A DNA stretch of 64,000 bases, filler included, from Basidiobolus ranarum (Eukaryota), in NCBI GenBank assembly GCA_040143965.1. It is 16 parts of 16 records of this genome, joined end to end, with 100 filler letters (N's around TTAATTAATTAA, not from the genome) between each part and the next. Parts side by side here need not be neighbours in the genome. Positions count along the whole stretch, not along the records: positions 24,151 to 28,072 come from JASJQH010009091.1; positions 28,173 to 32,087 come from JASJQH010009092.1; positions 32,188 to 36,101 come from JASJQH010009093.1; positions 36,202 to 40,112 come from JASJQH010009094.1; 12 more parts are not named here. One strand, 5' to 3'. Shown piece by piece: positions 25,109 through 37,121 of the stretch. The translations under genes were made by a program, and so were the position numbers. Position 1 is the first letter of the stretch, and the number at the start of each line of letters is the position of its first letter. The notes beneath the pieces were generated by a model, which saw only the letters and a list, made by a program, of their open reading frames with translations, made no database searches and had not been told where the DNA came from.

Positions 25109-26004
25109 TTAACTTTTCATAATCTCGTTAGATTTTGCTTTGAGGATATCCTCAATGTCCTTGGTTACTTTATCCACAATGGTCTGAACCTTCTTTTCTA
25201 ATTTTTTGATGTCATCTTCCGACACTCCGTTGTTCTTTTCTTTCTTCACCTGTTTCAGGGCATCTTGGCGTACGTTGCGTACAGACATCTTGGCTTTTTC
25301 AGTGGTTTTCCCGGCCATTTTGATTAGATTCTCTCGGAATTCTTTGTTGAGCTTAGGGATTGGAACTCGAATTATCTTGTTATCAATGACTGGATTCAAA
25401 TTCAATCCAGCAATACGGATAGCCTTGTCAACGGCTGAGATACTCTACAAATAACATGCCTGTTAGTCTCTTTAGACTCATTCTCAGACGACTACCTTAA
25501 CTTACTTCGCTATCATAGACATTAACGATAAGTGTTTGTGGATCCTTGACAGAAACCTGAGCTAATTGGTTTAAGGGGAAAGCACCATCGTTAACTGCAA
25601 CAACGACAGTATCTAGAATGGCTATTGTTTTTTTAAATACTATATACGCTGTTTGTCGCAGAAATAAAGAAGTATTTACCAGGATTAGCTCTGCCAACAC
25701 GCATGGAATTAAATTCCCTCTTCAAAGCCTCAACACTATCCAGGAATTTAGCTTCAACCTTGGATATATCAAATTCGGAAACGGCCGTGGCATCTGACCC
25801 TACTTCGACGTCATCCCCCTTTTTCCCTTTTTTCTCTGCCTTCCCTGCCTTCTTCTTGGCATAATTGCGCTGCTGTTGAAATTCGTAGTTGACAGAATTG
25901 ACGTGGCGAGGTAAAGCCAAGGCCCCTACTCTACAAGAATTGAAAGTAACAACTCTGGAGGATATGGCACTGAGTGGTCTAACGGCTCTATATAAGAAAG
26001 ACAT
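25109..26004 (-). CDS. RRF1: Mitochondrial ribosome recycling factor, 3 exons
   Basis: Presequence-like N-terminus; MRVGRANP|AILD, PLNQLAQVSVKDPQTLIVNVYD, LNLNP, RVPIPK..KEFRE, VRNVRQDA, SEDD. Confidence 0.92.
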
Positions 26005-26636
26005 GGTCTTTTTGACTTCTTTGAGAACGGCGCTTCTATATTATTTTGAAAGTAAGGCCCACTACAACTCTTCGTCGGTCTAAATGACAATTCTCACACA
26101 TTGCTGTAACTCGCAGATCTTCCTTAAACCGATGACCAGCTAATTATTCAAAATTTTCTTGCTCTGGTGTAACTCAATCTAGATGCGAAGTTTGTCAATA
26201 CTCCTCAGCAACCCTCAAATACCTTATTTTGGGGCCCAGATTTTTAGTGCATACAATATGGTTTAAAATCGCTGCGGGGTGTTCAATTTTGTTTGGGGAA
26301 GAGATATTGATCACAACAGAACCTGTCAAAAATGAAAAATTTGGGGCTGCATTCAGGGCCAGTAATAAATTCTTAGTGAAAAAATATCGGGGATGTGGGG
26401 GATGCGATGGTAGAAATGTGGGGGCCCAAAACAGAGAACCAGGGCATTGTAAAAGAAAGTGGAGAAAATTTAACACGCTTGGCACAAGCAATTTCTTTCT
26501 TGAGGTGGAAGTCTATTTTGGTATTTTGAAATTTCAACCTCTAATTTACTCGATTGCTCAGAGGTTTACCTACCTTACTTTTGTTTCATTAGATTTTTAA
26601 AACATACCCTTGCCTTCTCTAAAACTGCTCTCAGTG

Positions 26637-27387
26637 ATGGCTTCTTTGATTACTTCTACTTTGGCTAAGCGCTCCCTTCGCGCCACAACCGCCCTTAGAC
26701 CTATTTGCTCTTCTTTCGTGAAGACTGGGGCTTTCGGTAAGACCAATGAATGTGTGTTTTTGTGTCTCCACTTTACTCACGATTATTTTATTTGCTTTAG
26801 GTTATCAACAACGCCAATCTTCTTACTCTCGTAACTCCACCGTTGTTCCAGATTTCTCTGCTTATAAGAAGGAAAATACTGGAGAAGACTCTAGCAGAGC
26901 CTTCAGTTACTTCATGGTTGGTACTACAGGATTAGCAACTGCCGTTGTTGCCAAGGCCACTGTGTATGACTTCCTTACCAATCTCAGTGCCTCTGCTGAC
27001 GTTTTAGCCTTGGCTAAGGTTGAAGTTGACTTGGCCAACATCCCTGAAGGCAAGAACGTTGTTGTTAAATGGCGTGGTAAGCCCGTGTTCATCCGTCATA
27101 GAACTCAATCTGAAATCAGTGAAGCCAATTCAGTCAACGTTACTGAACTCAGAGATCCTCAGCAAGATTCCGAGCGTGTCAAACAGCCCGAGTGGATGAT
27201 TATGCTTGGTATCTGTACCCATTTGGGATGTGTTCCAATTGGTGAGGCCGGTGATTATGGTGGTTGGTATTGCCCTTGCCACGGATCCCATTATGATATC
27301 TCTGGACGTATTAGAAAGGGACCAGCTCCTCTTAACTTGGAAATCCCCGAATATACCATTGACGGTAACCAACTAGTCATTGGATAA
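26637..27387 (+). CDS. RIP1: Ubiquinol-cytochrome c reductase Rieske Fe-S subunit, 1 intron (~26737-26800)
   Basis: SASADVLALAKVEV, KWRGKPVFIRHRT, CTHLGCVP, CPCHGSHYD, GPAPLNLE. Confidence 0.97.
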
Positions 27388-29019
27388 GCATCAAGTAAAC
27401 CTTTTGATTTCCCTACATCTCTACCCTATTTACTATGACCATGCCACATCCTTTGCCCTTTCTTGTAGAAAATCACTATCCACACAATTCTTGACGTTAC
27501 TCTCAAACTTCAGCATTCCCACTCCTCTTTGACTTTATAATCCAACAAACAATCTCAGTCAGAATAAATATTTATGAAGGAGAATATTTCTCTTGGTCTA
27601 TGCTAGTGTTCACAAGATGATGCGGAACATGGTCAGAAACACGTACACAACGAAACACGGTCACGCCACACAGCTTGCTAGCGTACCGATGCTTGAAGAG
27701 CCCTGGACACCCAGACTGAACACAAAATAAATTATAGCGCTCCAAGAGCCATCTCGCGTTCGAGTGAACTAAATTTGGTGACCCATTTGTTTACCCAAAT
27801 CCACTTGCCATTGCCTATCCCCAGTACACCATCGTAATCTATAAGTGAAGCTTTAATTGGAGATTTAAACATCATGATCAATCCAAATATCATCCAGTTC
27901 CATATATGTACATAATGTTTTTCCGTATGGTTTCTCAGGTTTCCGATTTTTAAGAAACCCTTTTATATTTGTTATTATCTCGGATTCACTCTTGAATCTT
28001 GTTTTTATCTTTTCATTATTTCTTGAATTGCCCTAGATTCTTATCTTGGAGTACTTGCCTCTCTATCGTTAGNNNNNNNNNNNNNNNNNNNNNNNNNNNN
28101 NNNNNNNNNNNNNNNNTTAATTAATTAANNNNNNNNNNNNNNNNNNNNNNNNNNNNNNNNNNNNNNNNNNNNTGAGGTTAAAAATACCTGTGACGAAAAT
28201 AGATTAAATCTTCGATGGCTAATGGCCGCAATAGTTTGTGATTATCCATGTCAGGTGTTTCATTTCGGATTCTGATTGAATTTCATTGGCTAAATCAATA
28301 TTAGGATCTTCGCATGCCTATTAGGTATCAGAAATTAGATATCGTGTGGATTCAGTCTCAGCTAATAAGTCTTGTTTCTTCTTTCTGCATGCAATATCTT
28401 GAGGCGATTGCTTCGATACTGTAGCAGATTCCTGACGTGAAACACAGCATCATGCTGAGATGTTCCGATTCATTGACTAGTCGGGCTTGCAGTGTGAACT
28501 GTGAATTCTATAGGCTCAAATCGCTGGGAAACATACAAAGCTGCTATTTCCAGCAAATGATACGACCTGAGGGCTGGATCGGCTGAAGAAGGCTCCACCT
28601 ATTGGCACAATATGGTAGATTCCGGGTTGTTTCTTGGGTTGTACCGCCAAGTTCCATGAAGCTAAATTGAGTACAGAGGCTCCGGATGTCAAACAAATTT
28701 GGCTATACAATTTGGTAATTATTGGATCGGGATACGATTTTCGCCTTGCATTAAGATAGTTTGTTGCCTCCCATTAACAAATAAATTCTGAACCATTTCT
28801 CCATTTCTGACCTTAATCTGCATTAAAACCTCCGCACTTACTGTCTTCCACCAAAAGTTATTTGGATCCTCCTTCATTCTTATCTCTAGAGGTGTCAAAT
28901 TTACCTTCTTCGTCTGGTCCTTCTCGTGCACCTGCTTCAATCAATATCCTTGTCGTCTTCCCGAAACCTGTATTTTATTGTTCCTTCATAGACCTTCCTA
29001 AACATATATATATATAGCC

Positions 29020-30998
29020 ATGTCACTGATGAAGGTTTGGTCTTTATGATTCTTCATTATAACGTCTCCTATGTACTCAATATTGTTCTAATAGCTGGAG
29101 CTTGAACAATGGCAATTGGCTGTCAGAGCTTTCGATGAAAAGAAATACGAAAATGCCCTGGAATTATTCGAGGTATTGCTATTTCTTAGCTCTTATCAAG
29201 AGTGAATTATAAACTCATAATTTCCATCAATAGACCGTAGGAGAATCTGCAAAAATATTTTTTAACATTGGTGTTATCTTGAGTACCCTTAATGAACAAG
29301 AATCTGCGGTTAGTATTACGTATATATCCTTCAGTTTTCTATTTTGAATCTTATTCGTGAGCTCCTATCATTTCAGGTGCGAGCGTTTACTTCCGCTTTA
29401 CAGCAAGACCAATATTTTGCTGTTGCATATTTTCAGAAAGGGGTTTCAAATATGATTCTCAAAGATTTCGAAGCAGCGTTTGAAGATTTTAATGACGCTC
29501 TATTGGTAATTCATTCAAAGAGATGCTTTTAGAGTACACACGCTTGGTTGATACCTTCAAAAAACTAATCCCATAATTCTATTGTTATACTCTAGTATCT
29601 CCGCGGTAATCTTTATATCGATTACTCGCAACTCGGATTCGAATTCAAACTGTACTCTTGCGAGGTTTTGTTCAACAGAGCATTATGCTACTTCTATGTG
29701 GATGAAGATGCACTCGGAATGAATGACCTCTTAGCCGCGCAAAAAGAGAAGCAAATCCCAAAACATTACGTTATCGACAAGGCAATAGACAACAAAGCTC
29801 GGGTATTTCAGTTATATTGATTGATATGTTTATATATCTTTGATTTTACTGAGTCTCATATATCTTCATAGGATTGTGCATTCTATAGTATTCCACGTGG
29901 TGTATTATTTCGACCTTGTGAAAGCAAGATCAGAAACTCAAAAAAAGTTGATTACCTTGGCAACTCCAAGCTCATTGCAGCTGCTGATGATAAAGATACG
30001 TTTACTGGATTCAAAGGCGCTTTAGTTCGCAAGGTATTCGTTATTATTCCCAAATAGAATCAAAATATTGTCCAATTGTAACTTTTTTTGGTGTAGGCCA
30101 CATATATGGCGACTACCAGCCCTGTCCCCTCTGTGAGGTCAGGCTTTGGAAAGCCCATGGCTGAAGTTATTGCCTCACATGAGTTTAAATCCAACCCTTA
30201 TGCCAATAACCAATTTACCAGAGCGGCTATGGCTGCAAATGAAGATCCAGATACATACATCCCAGATATGACTTTACGTTCGGATCACCTTATCAGTAGC
30301 CCGCCACCTGTTTCTAAACCATCTCTAGTACGTCGTGCGACTTTAGGAGATTCCTTGCGTCGCTCAAACTCTAGAGCTGCTGAGAGATTTCGTTCCAAGC
30401 CTAATTTGTCTCGACATAATACTGCTACTGCCACAGGTTATGGCAAATCTGGCAATGATCACGAAGTTCCTAGGCTTGACATTAAAGCTGCGCTAGCCGC
30501 AATACCCCGAGCTCAATTTGCCTCACGTCCACCACCTAATTCTTTCAGCGGAGCTGACAAAACGCATGTTCCAGCTTTATCTCCTTCAAGCACCTCACCA
30601 ACGTCAACTTCTAGCTTGGGCTCAACTGAAGATTCCGTTTCCCTCTTACATTCATCCAAATCGATTAGAATTCCTAAAGGCAAGGTAAGTTGGGCGCTGG
30701 TATGTTTTTTCCTGAAGTTGAAAATTCACAGTTGGTTATTTAGTTAAAGGTAAAATGCCATTTTAATGACACTCGTGTAATTTTGGTTGATCAGAATGCT
30801 ACCTTCCAAGCACTGCTTAATCGAATTAAAGAGAAGTACGGGGTAACTCAAGGCTCACTTAAATTGAAGTACCGTGATGAGGATGATGAGTTAATTCTAA
30901 TCACCGATCAAGACGATTTGGACATGGCACGAGGTCTTCCCAACGACAACCCGAATTCTGGACTAAGCGATCGTTTAGAACTCTGGTGTTTTGCTTAA
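29020..30998 (+). CDS. noxR: NADPH oxidase regulator NoxR (p67phox-like: TPR N-terminus, PB1 C-terminus), multi-exon
   Basis: MSLMK|LELEQWQLAV, SAKIFFNIG, DQYFAVAYFQKGVSN, YLRGNLYIDYSQLG..FKLYSCEVLFNR, FRP, DYLG; PB1 KLKYRDEDDELILITDQDDLDMA. Confidence 0.92.
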
Positions 30999-32187
30999 CC
31001 ATAACCATAATCTTAATTCCTTTACCTTACCGAGTTAAAGCTACAAGCTCGTTGTCTACACTCACACTATCACATTTTCTCGAAACTGTTCAAACATCAA
31101 TTGCCCAATCGCCACCCATCGCAGTTAAGTTGAACTTAACAATTGATTGTCCATTGAATCCCAGATGGCTTTGCATCTTACCAAACGAATCTCATCTACA
31201 ACGATGTAACAGCAGGGCTGTTCATTAGTGTGAAACCCTTTTGTTTCATAATTTTTGCCTCGTAATGAGTGATCTTTCTTGACCTTAATACATATGCCCA
31301 CTCTTTATTATATGCTAATAAACATATCATTTTTACTCAGTGCTTCCAATATGGCTTACTACTACATCGTGGCACTAGGTCCACACGACTTCACAGGGCT
31401 GGGAAGCGTTATTTCCCAGTCACTGTATCTGTAATGATCTATCGCATTCTCTATCTATGCATCCCCACTAGTACGTTTATTGGAGAACAAAAGGATAGTC
31501 GTGGGTCAGAACCATATCGATACCATTATACCAGCGATGTAGGGTGGGAAATAACAGTGATGGCATTGGCGGGCCGACCTATTAGATGTGGGGTAGAAGG
31601 CTGGCTTTGTACGACGTAAAAAACCAATATGCACTAGCAGTCAAGATCAAGATTGGATTGATTTGTATTTCAGCATGTAGACACCAAAATGGATAGATTG
31701 AAAATCCATTTACCACAAGTCATCAGCTCTGTTTGCTAGGAGATGTATATCCGATTTGTAGCCCATTATCTCTCGATCGATAGGACCCAAACCACATCTG
31801 GCAGCTCTTGGTAGATGGAGCAAGGCTACCTTGGTAGTGTCGATGAGGGAATCAGTGCCCACTACTGCGCCATAGCTCCATGCCAACAGGCCAATCTAGA
31901 GCCTCATCTGGCCATTTCCTTTCAATAGGGATCTAACCAGTTAGAAGGGGAGAAGTTTTATCCTCAGACCCGGCTTGTTAGCCAGTTTACCACGGTAGTG
32001 TCGATGTAGCCACCATCACTAACTAGGTAATCTGGGCATACTTAAATGATGGTGTATGTAAACCTCGGCAATAAACAGTTGCCAATGNNNNNNNNNNNNN
32101 NNNNNNNNNNNNNNNNNNNNNNNNNNNNNNNTTAATTAATTAANNNNNNNNNNNNNNNNNNNNNNNNNNNNNNNNNNNNNNNNNNNN

Positions 32188-32533
32188 AGGTGAAACATAA
32201 TATACTGAATAGGGAATATACTGTGGCAAGTTTGAGAGTTGGGGTGTCAGGGACTACAAGGACCAATACAAAGAGGGATGATGCAAGGATGATGTAAGAA
32301 TGATCAGGTGACCTTCCAGGGAAGGTCTTGGCAGAAATACATTGTGTTTGGGATTGCATGGTTGGTTAGTTTTCAAGGAATATTCCAAAGAACATGACTT
32401 CCATATAAGGTAATATGGATGAACTAACACCAGATTGCCAAGAAGGGATGGCACAGCAGATATGATGTCGTAATCTAATAATAGAAGAGTTCTATTTGCA
32501 GTGGATCAGTATGCTGAGATCAGAATCATGACA
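32188..32533 (-). mobile_element. Possible LTR 5' end inserted into a CACTA transposase
   Basis: Reverse complement starts TGTCATG exactly where CACTA similarity stops; CpG-poor; single copy only. Confidence 0.4.
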
Positions 32534-33776
32534 AGTAATTTGTATGCCTGATAGAATAAAGTCTATTGATTTGACATAAACTACAGCAAGATAGTGCATT
32601 GTGCCCACAAAAACCTCCAAGTTTACTGATGGCAGAAGTGTCAAAATACATACAAAGATATTAGCTTTGAGAAAATATTCACCCATCTAAATCCCATTAG
32701 ATAACCATTTGTATTGTGCAAACAAAGGCTCCAAAAAGTTATCTATAAGCACTGGTGACTTAGGTCCAGATATGATAGATAGTGTCAAAATATTGTGACT
32801 GCTATACTACTCAGAAGGAGGAAGACTTAAGTTAATTAAAATTATAGGCCAGCAAGCCTTTCCAATGGTATGGTTGTTTAGTGAGTAACCATCCAGAGCC
32901 AATGAAATTGCATGATCATACATGTTTTCAAAGAAACCTTAACTTTTAAGATTCTGGTAGTGATATCCATCAAGTATATTGGTAATACCATCAGCTATAT
33001 GTTGTATACTTTGGTATTGGATTAATGATCTATGTTTAGGTGATTTCATCAAAACCTCAAAAGGGGGAATTAAAGATATGTAAGCCAAATACAAACAATA
33101 TTTACCTCATTCAGTGAGTTTGATTACAGAAGGTTTACAAGTCATACAAGTGACAAGTGTTTTCCACTTGTACCAGGTCTGTGGCAAGCAACATCTGCCA
33201 TCAACTGTGGTAAAACTATAAGAAAACCAACAAGCACCTTGTTGCTAAGATTAGATTGAACTCTCCATACCTCAATAATCAAAGCTGCTTCCTTTATGGT
33301 AAGTGTTATCAATGGACTAATGCTTGCTGATAACAAAGAGTCCATAACAAAACCATCATCTTCTTCTTCAACTTCTGATATACCACCATTGGTACTGGAA
33401 CAACCAGGGTCAACATCTAGCAGCAAGTCCTCAAAGCTGTCTGGACTTACTGGTATGACCAAAGCTGCATTTCTACCTACATCATTCTGGTCATATAACC
33501 ATGGTAGGTCCAAGGTATCCAGACATTTGGCAGTATTACAAAACTTTGAGGCAAAGTACAGTCAGTGGACACAGTGAGCAAATCTAAAGTCAATTTTTTG
33601 CACTTATTACTGATGATATTCACCAGGCTTTGTGCAGCTGGTGGTGTTGTACAGTTACTGAGCTTCTGATTACTTTTTCTATGAAGTCACCAGCTTTCAT
33701 AGCACAAGAATTTGTGTCTATAATAGCAGGGCTCCTTTAAGTGTTTGTGTTGCAGCATGTGATGGATATTGTAGAA
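32534..33776 (-). mobile_element. CACTA-superfamily transposase, 5' half (degenerate)
   Basis: 32534-33120 is colinear with 35440-36030; upstream acidic stretch (ORF 33142-33513) and Cys-containing region probably the transposase N-terminus. Confidence 0.7.
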
Positions 33777-36101
33777 CCCAAGCAAAAATAAAATTGATTT
33801 GATCTGGATTGGATCCACCCTGCAAAAGAGCAAAACCATCAGAGAACCATCACAATATCTGTAGCTTGCATTCTACCAGGGATTTTGATGGCATGATGGC
33901 AGTTTCTTGACTGTATTTTAATGGTATTCATTCATGTTAAAATATTGATCCTCAAATTGGCATTTGTTATTCAATATCTGGCAGTTTTTGCAAAAATATA
34001 ATTCTCAAATGGCAAATTACTGGGCTTACTGCTTTAAGAATTTGATTTAATATGCATGCCTTTATTTAGATATTTTAGGCGTTGTATTCCAGCTGTAAGG
34101 AGAATCAAAAAATTCAAGAATCTTGTTGTGTTTAGTCTCTACATGTGCACATACTTGACTGATTAGACATAACTCAACCACATTGAGATGCTTTACCAGC
34201 AAACTAATGGTGGAAAAATTGCTAAACATCTGAAATTTTGAATAGCACTGACACTTGGCAAATAGCTGACTGTTGTTACCATTCACAATGAGAATAAGCT
34301 CTTGGATTTTGGCAAATTTCCAAAAAGAATTCAGCCAATATATCCCCAATTTGCAGTCAACAAATGTCCTGCCACAAGTAGATGTGTCATTGCTGGAATA
34401 GATTCCCCCATGGCTAAAACAATAATACTGCATATCTTGATCTATCTTACCAAGAAGTCTGTCTTGCAGCTTTCCTAAAAGTATTGTCATATTATCACAC
34501 AAGCAAATTTGTCCAATTATAGAGGTACTTACTCTGTGTCCATGGATTTGGCTTTGTTGGGGTTATTGTGCTCAAACAATGCAAGAACACATGAGCACAT
34601 TAAAAAGAGCCCTTTGTTGGCATGTTAATACACTCTGGAGTCTCCTTAACCCGTCATATTACATCCATCACTGACTTTGCTGATACATTGTTAATCAGAT
34701 TAGCATATGGTAATACTGAAAATTTTACATGAAGCATAATTTTACCACAGGTGCACTCCATTGGAAACTCCCTGAAAGAATAGCAAGGGCCTATAATATC
34801 TAAGCATTGTGAAAGATGCAGCAGGGAATGTATTGAATACAGGCGTAGATTCAGTCTATCTTCTTTAAAGCTGAAATAAGGTTTTCCATATCTAATTACA
34901 AAATCTTTGCACAGGTGCTGTATCTGCCTGAGATCTGCCAATGTGAGTTGATGCTGTAAGAATATATTAACAATATTCACAAACAACTCCCAATGTTGCC
35001 AATACCTATCAGGCAGAAATCTTTTCAAAATTCCACTTGAATATATACAAATCCAATACTTCCAGTCTTTGAATTTGAATAAATGCTTAGATGAGTGGAT
35101 ATTGATGGGAGTCCTGGTAAAATTTGATGGTATCTTGATGTTTTCAAGCATTTTCCCAATCAATTCAAACTTGGATCCTATCACAAATGGCTCATTGATA
35201 TTGAGTTTTCCACTATATAGCTGAGTAAGTAGTATTGGAATGTTGTTGAATAGTAAGTACATAGTGCCTGAAGGGAAGCTCTGGCTCCAGCTCATCCCCT
35301 TTAGCAATATAATCTTAGGCTCATGGCTAATACCAAGTTTGATGTTAGACTGACTATTTGGAGATTTCTATCAGTGATCATGTTGAAATCTGACCAGGCT
35401 CTTGATGGTAAAATCATGGAGTTTAGCATTGTATTTGGTTAGTAGTAATGCGTATGCCTGTTAGAGTAAACTCCATTGCTTTTACAAAATCTCCAGCAAG
35501 ATAGTGCATAGTGCCCACAAAAACCTCCAAGTTTACTGATGGCAGGAGTGTCACCAATACATACAATGGTATTAGCATTAATAAAATATTCACCTATTTG
35601 GACCCCATTAGATAACCATTCAAATTCCGCAATCAAAGGCTCCAAGAAGCTATCTTTAAGCCCTGGTGATTTAGATCCAGATATGATGGATAGTATCAAA
35701 ATATTATGACTCTTATACCGTTCAGAAGGAGGAAGATTTAAGTCAATTAAAATTATTGGCCAGCAAGCTTTCCTAACAGTATATTTGTTTAGTGAAGAAC
35801 CATCCAGAGCCAATGCAAATGCATGATCATATGTGTTCTCAAAGAAACCTTTACTTTTCTGCTTCTGGTAGTGATATCCAACAAGTATATTGGTAATACC
35901 TTCAGCTTTATGGTGAGTACTTTAGTATTGGATCAATGATCTATATTTTGGTGATTTCATCAAAACTTTAAGACAGGGAATCAATGGTATGTAAGCCAAA
36001 TATGAACAATATTTACCTGATTCAGTGATTGCCAATTGTGTGCAAACAGTACATGATTTCAGGTTTTTCAGATCACTGGTGAAAGCCAAACAACCATTTA
36101 G
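33777..36101 (-). mobile_element. Best-preserved CACTA-superfamily transposase copy with terminus B
   Basis: ALDG, CWPIILIDLNLPPSERY, FLEPLIAEFEWL, GDTPAISKLGGFCGH...C.FC, M.LLFNNIP, FK.KDW, IHSLLHL, GP.Y.F.EFPME: Transposase_21 motifs. Confidence 0.92.
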
Positions 36102-36201
36102 NNNNNNNNNNNNNNNNNNNNNNNNNNNNNNNNNNNNNNNNNNNNTTAATTAATTAANNNNNNNNNNNNNNNNNNNNNNNNNNNNNNNNNNNNNNNNNNN
36201 N

Positions 36202-36975
36202 ATCTTTGTAATGGTGTGAAGAATTTGGTAAGTGGGACAGTAGAGCTTAAACTCACTGGCTCCTTTGCTTTTCCCTTGAGTTTAGTAACTTCCTGCTTCT
36301 TCAGTACTTCTTTATCTATTTTTTGTTTCTTTTCAAGGTCAATGATTGTGTATATTTTTGAGATGTTTCATGAACATGCCTATACCCGCCCAATTGCCAT
36401 TTGCTTGCAAAAACCCCCAATAAGCAATACTATATAAGTCAAGAACCTTCAGAGTAACTCTAGATTTTTAGTTTTTCCAGGATTAGCTCAAATCAAGGTG
36501 CTTTTAACCATAATTCTGCACAATTTCAAAATAGATCAAGAAGCTTGTGAGTAACACCTGGCCTTGGTTTTTCCACAATTGGCCCAAACCAAGGTGATTT
36601 TGGGTAAGATTCTGCACAGTTTCAAATTGTTAAACCTTTGAACATTGAAACAAGTGACTGTAGCTCTGAAATGCTGAGTCTTTATGTTTCCTGCTGTCCA
36701 ATAAGATTTTTACTTCCATGTGCCCAGGCAATTTTAGGTCAATGTATGGGCGCAATGGTCAAGCACATATTCTTCATCACTAGGTTGACATAGCAATGGT
36801 CATATATATGGCATGTGACTGCTTAAGATCACTTATGAGTATGGGTAGAGGGAGCAACATGTTGATATAGCTTAAGTACAGCATTCTGAAGGTCTTGTAT
36901 CATGTTGAGTGACACTTTAAGTAATGACTAGTTGATTCAGAATGCTGCATTAATGCAGTATTGCTGTTTGCACTC
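36202..36975 (-). mobile_element. CACTA-superfamily ORF2 5' region
   Basis: Colinear with 23380-24050. Confidence 0.75.
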
Positions 36976-37121
36976 TTGTTATGTCCTGGGTATCTACTTG
37001 TTAGTTTTTACTTATGATTGTATACAATTCATTAAGGTGTTTTGCCTATGATTCAATTGATATAATGATTCTTTCCGCGCTGTCTACAGAGCAGTGTTCA
37101 ATTGTTGTCAAAGTAAGCATT

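Noticed and set aside
26195-26600. ORFs 26195-26491(-) and 26229-26600(+)
   Set aside because: Non-ATG starts, no motifs, and they lie in the RRF1-RIP1 promoter.
27605-27723. Possible C/D box snoRNA (GTGTT..ATGATGC...CTGA-ACAC)
   Set aside because: C box imperfect, stem spacing atypical and no clean rRNA guide; needs an Infernal/snoscan run.
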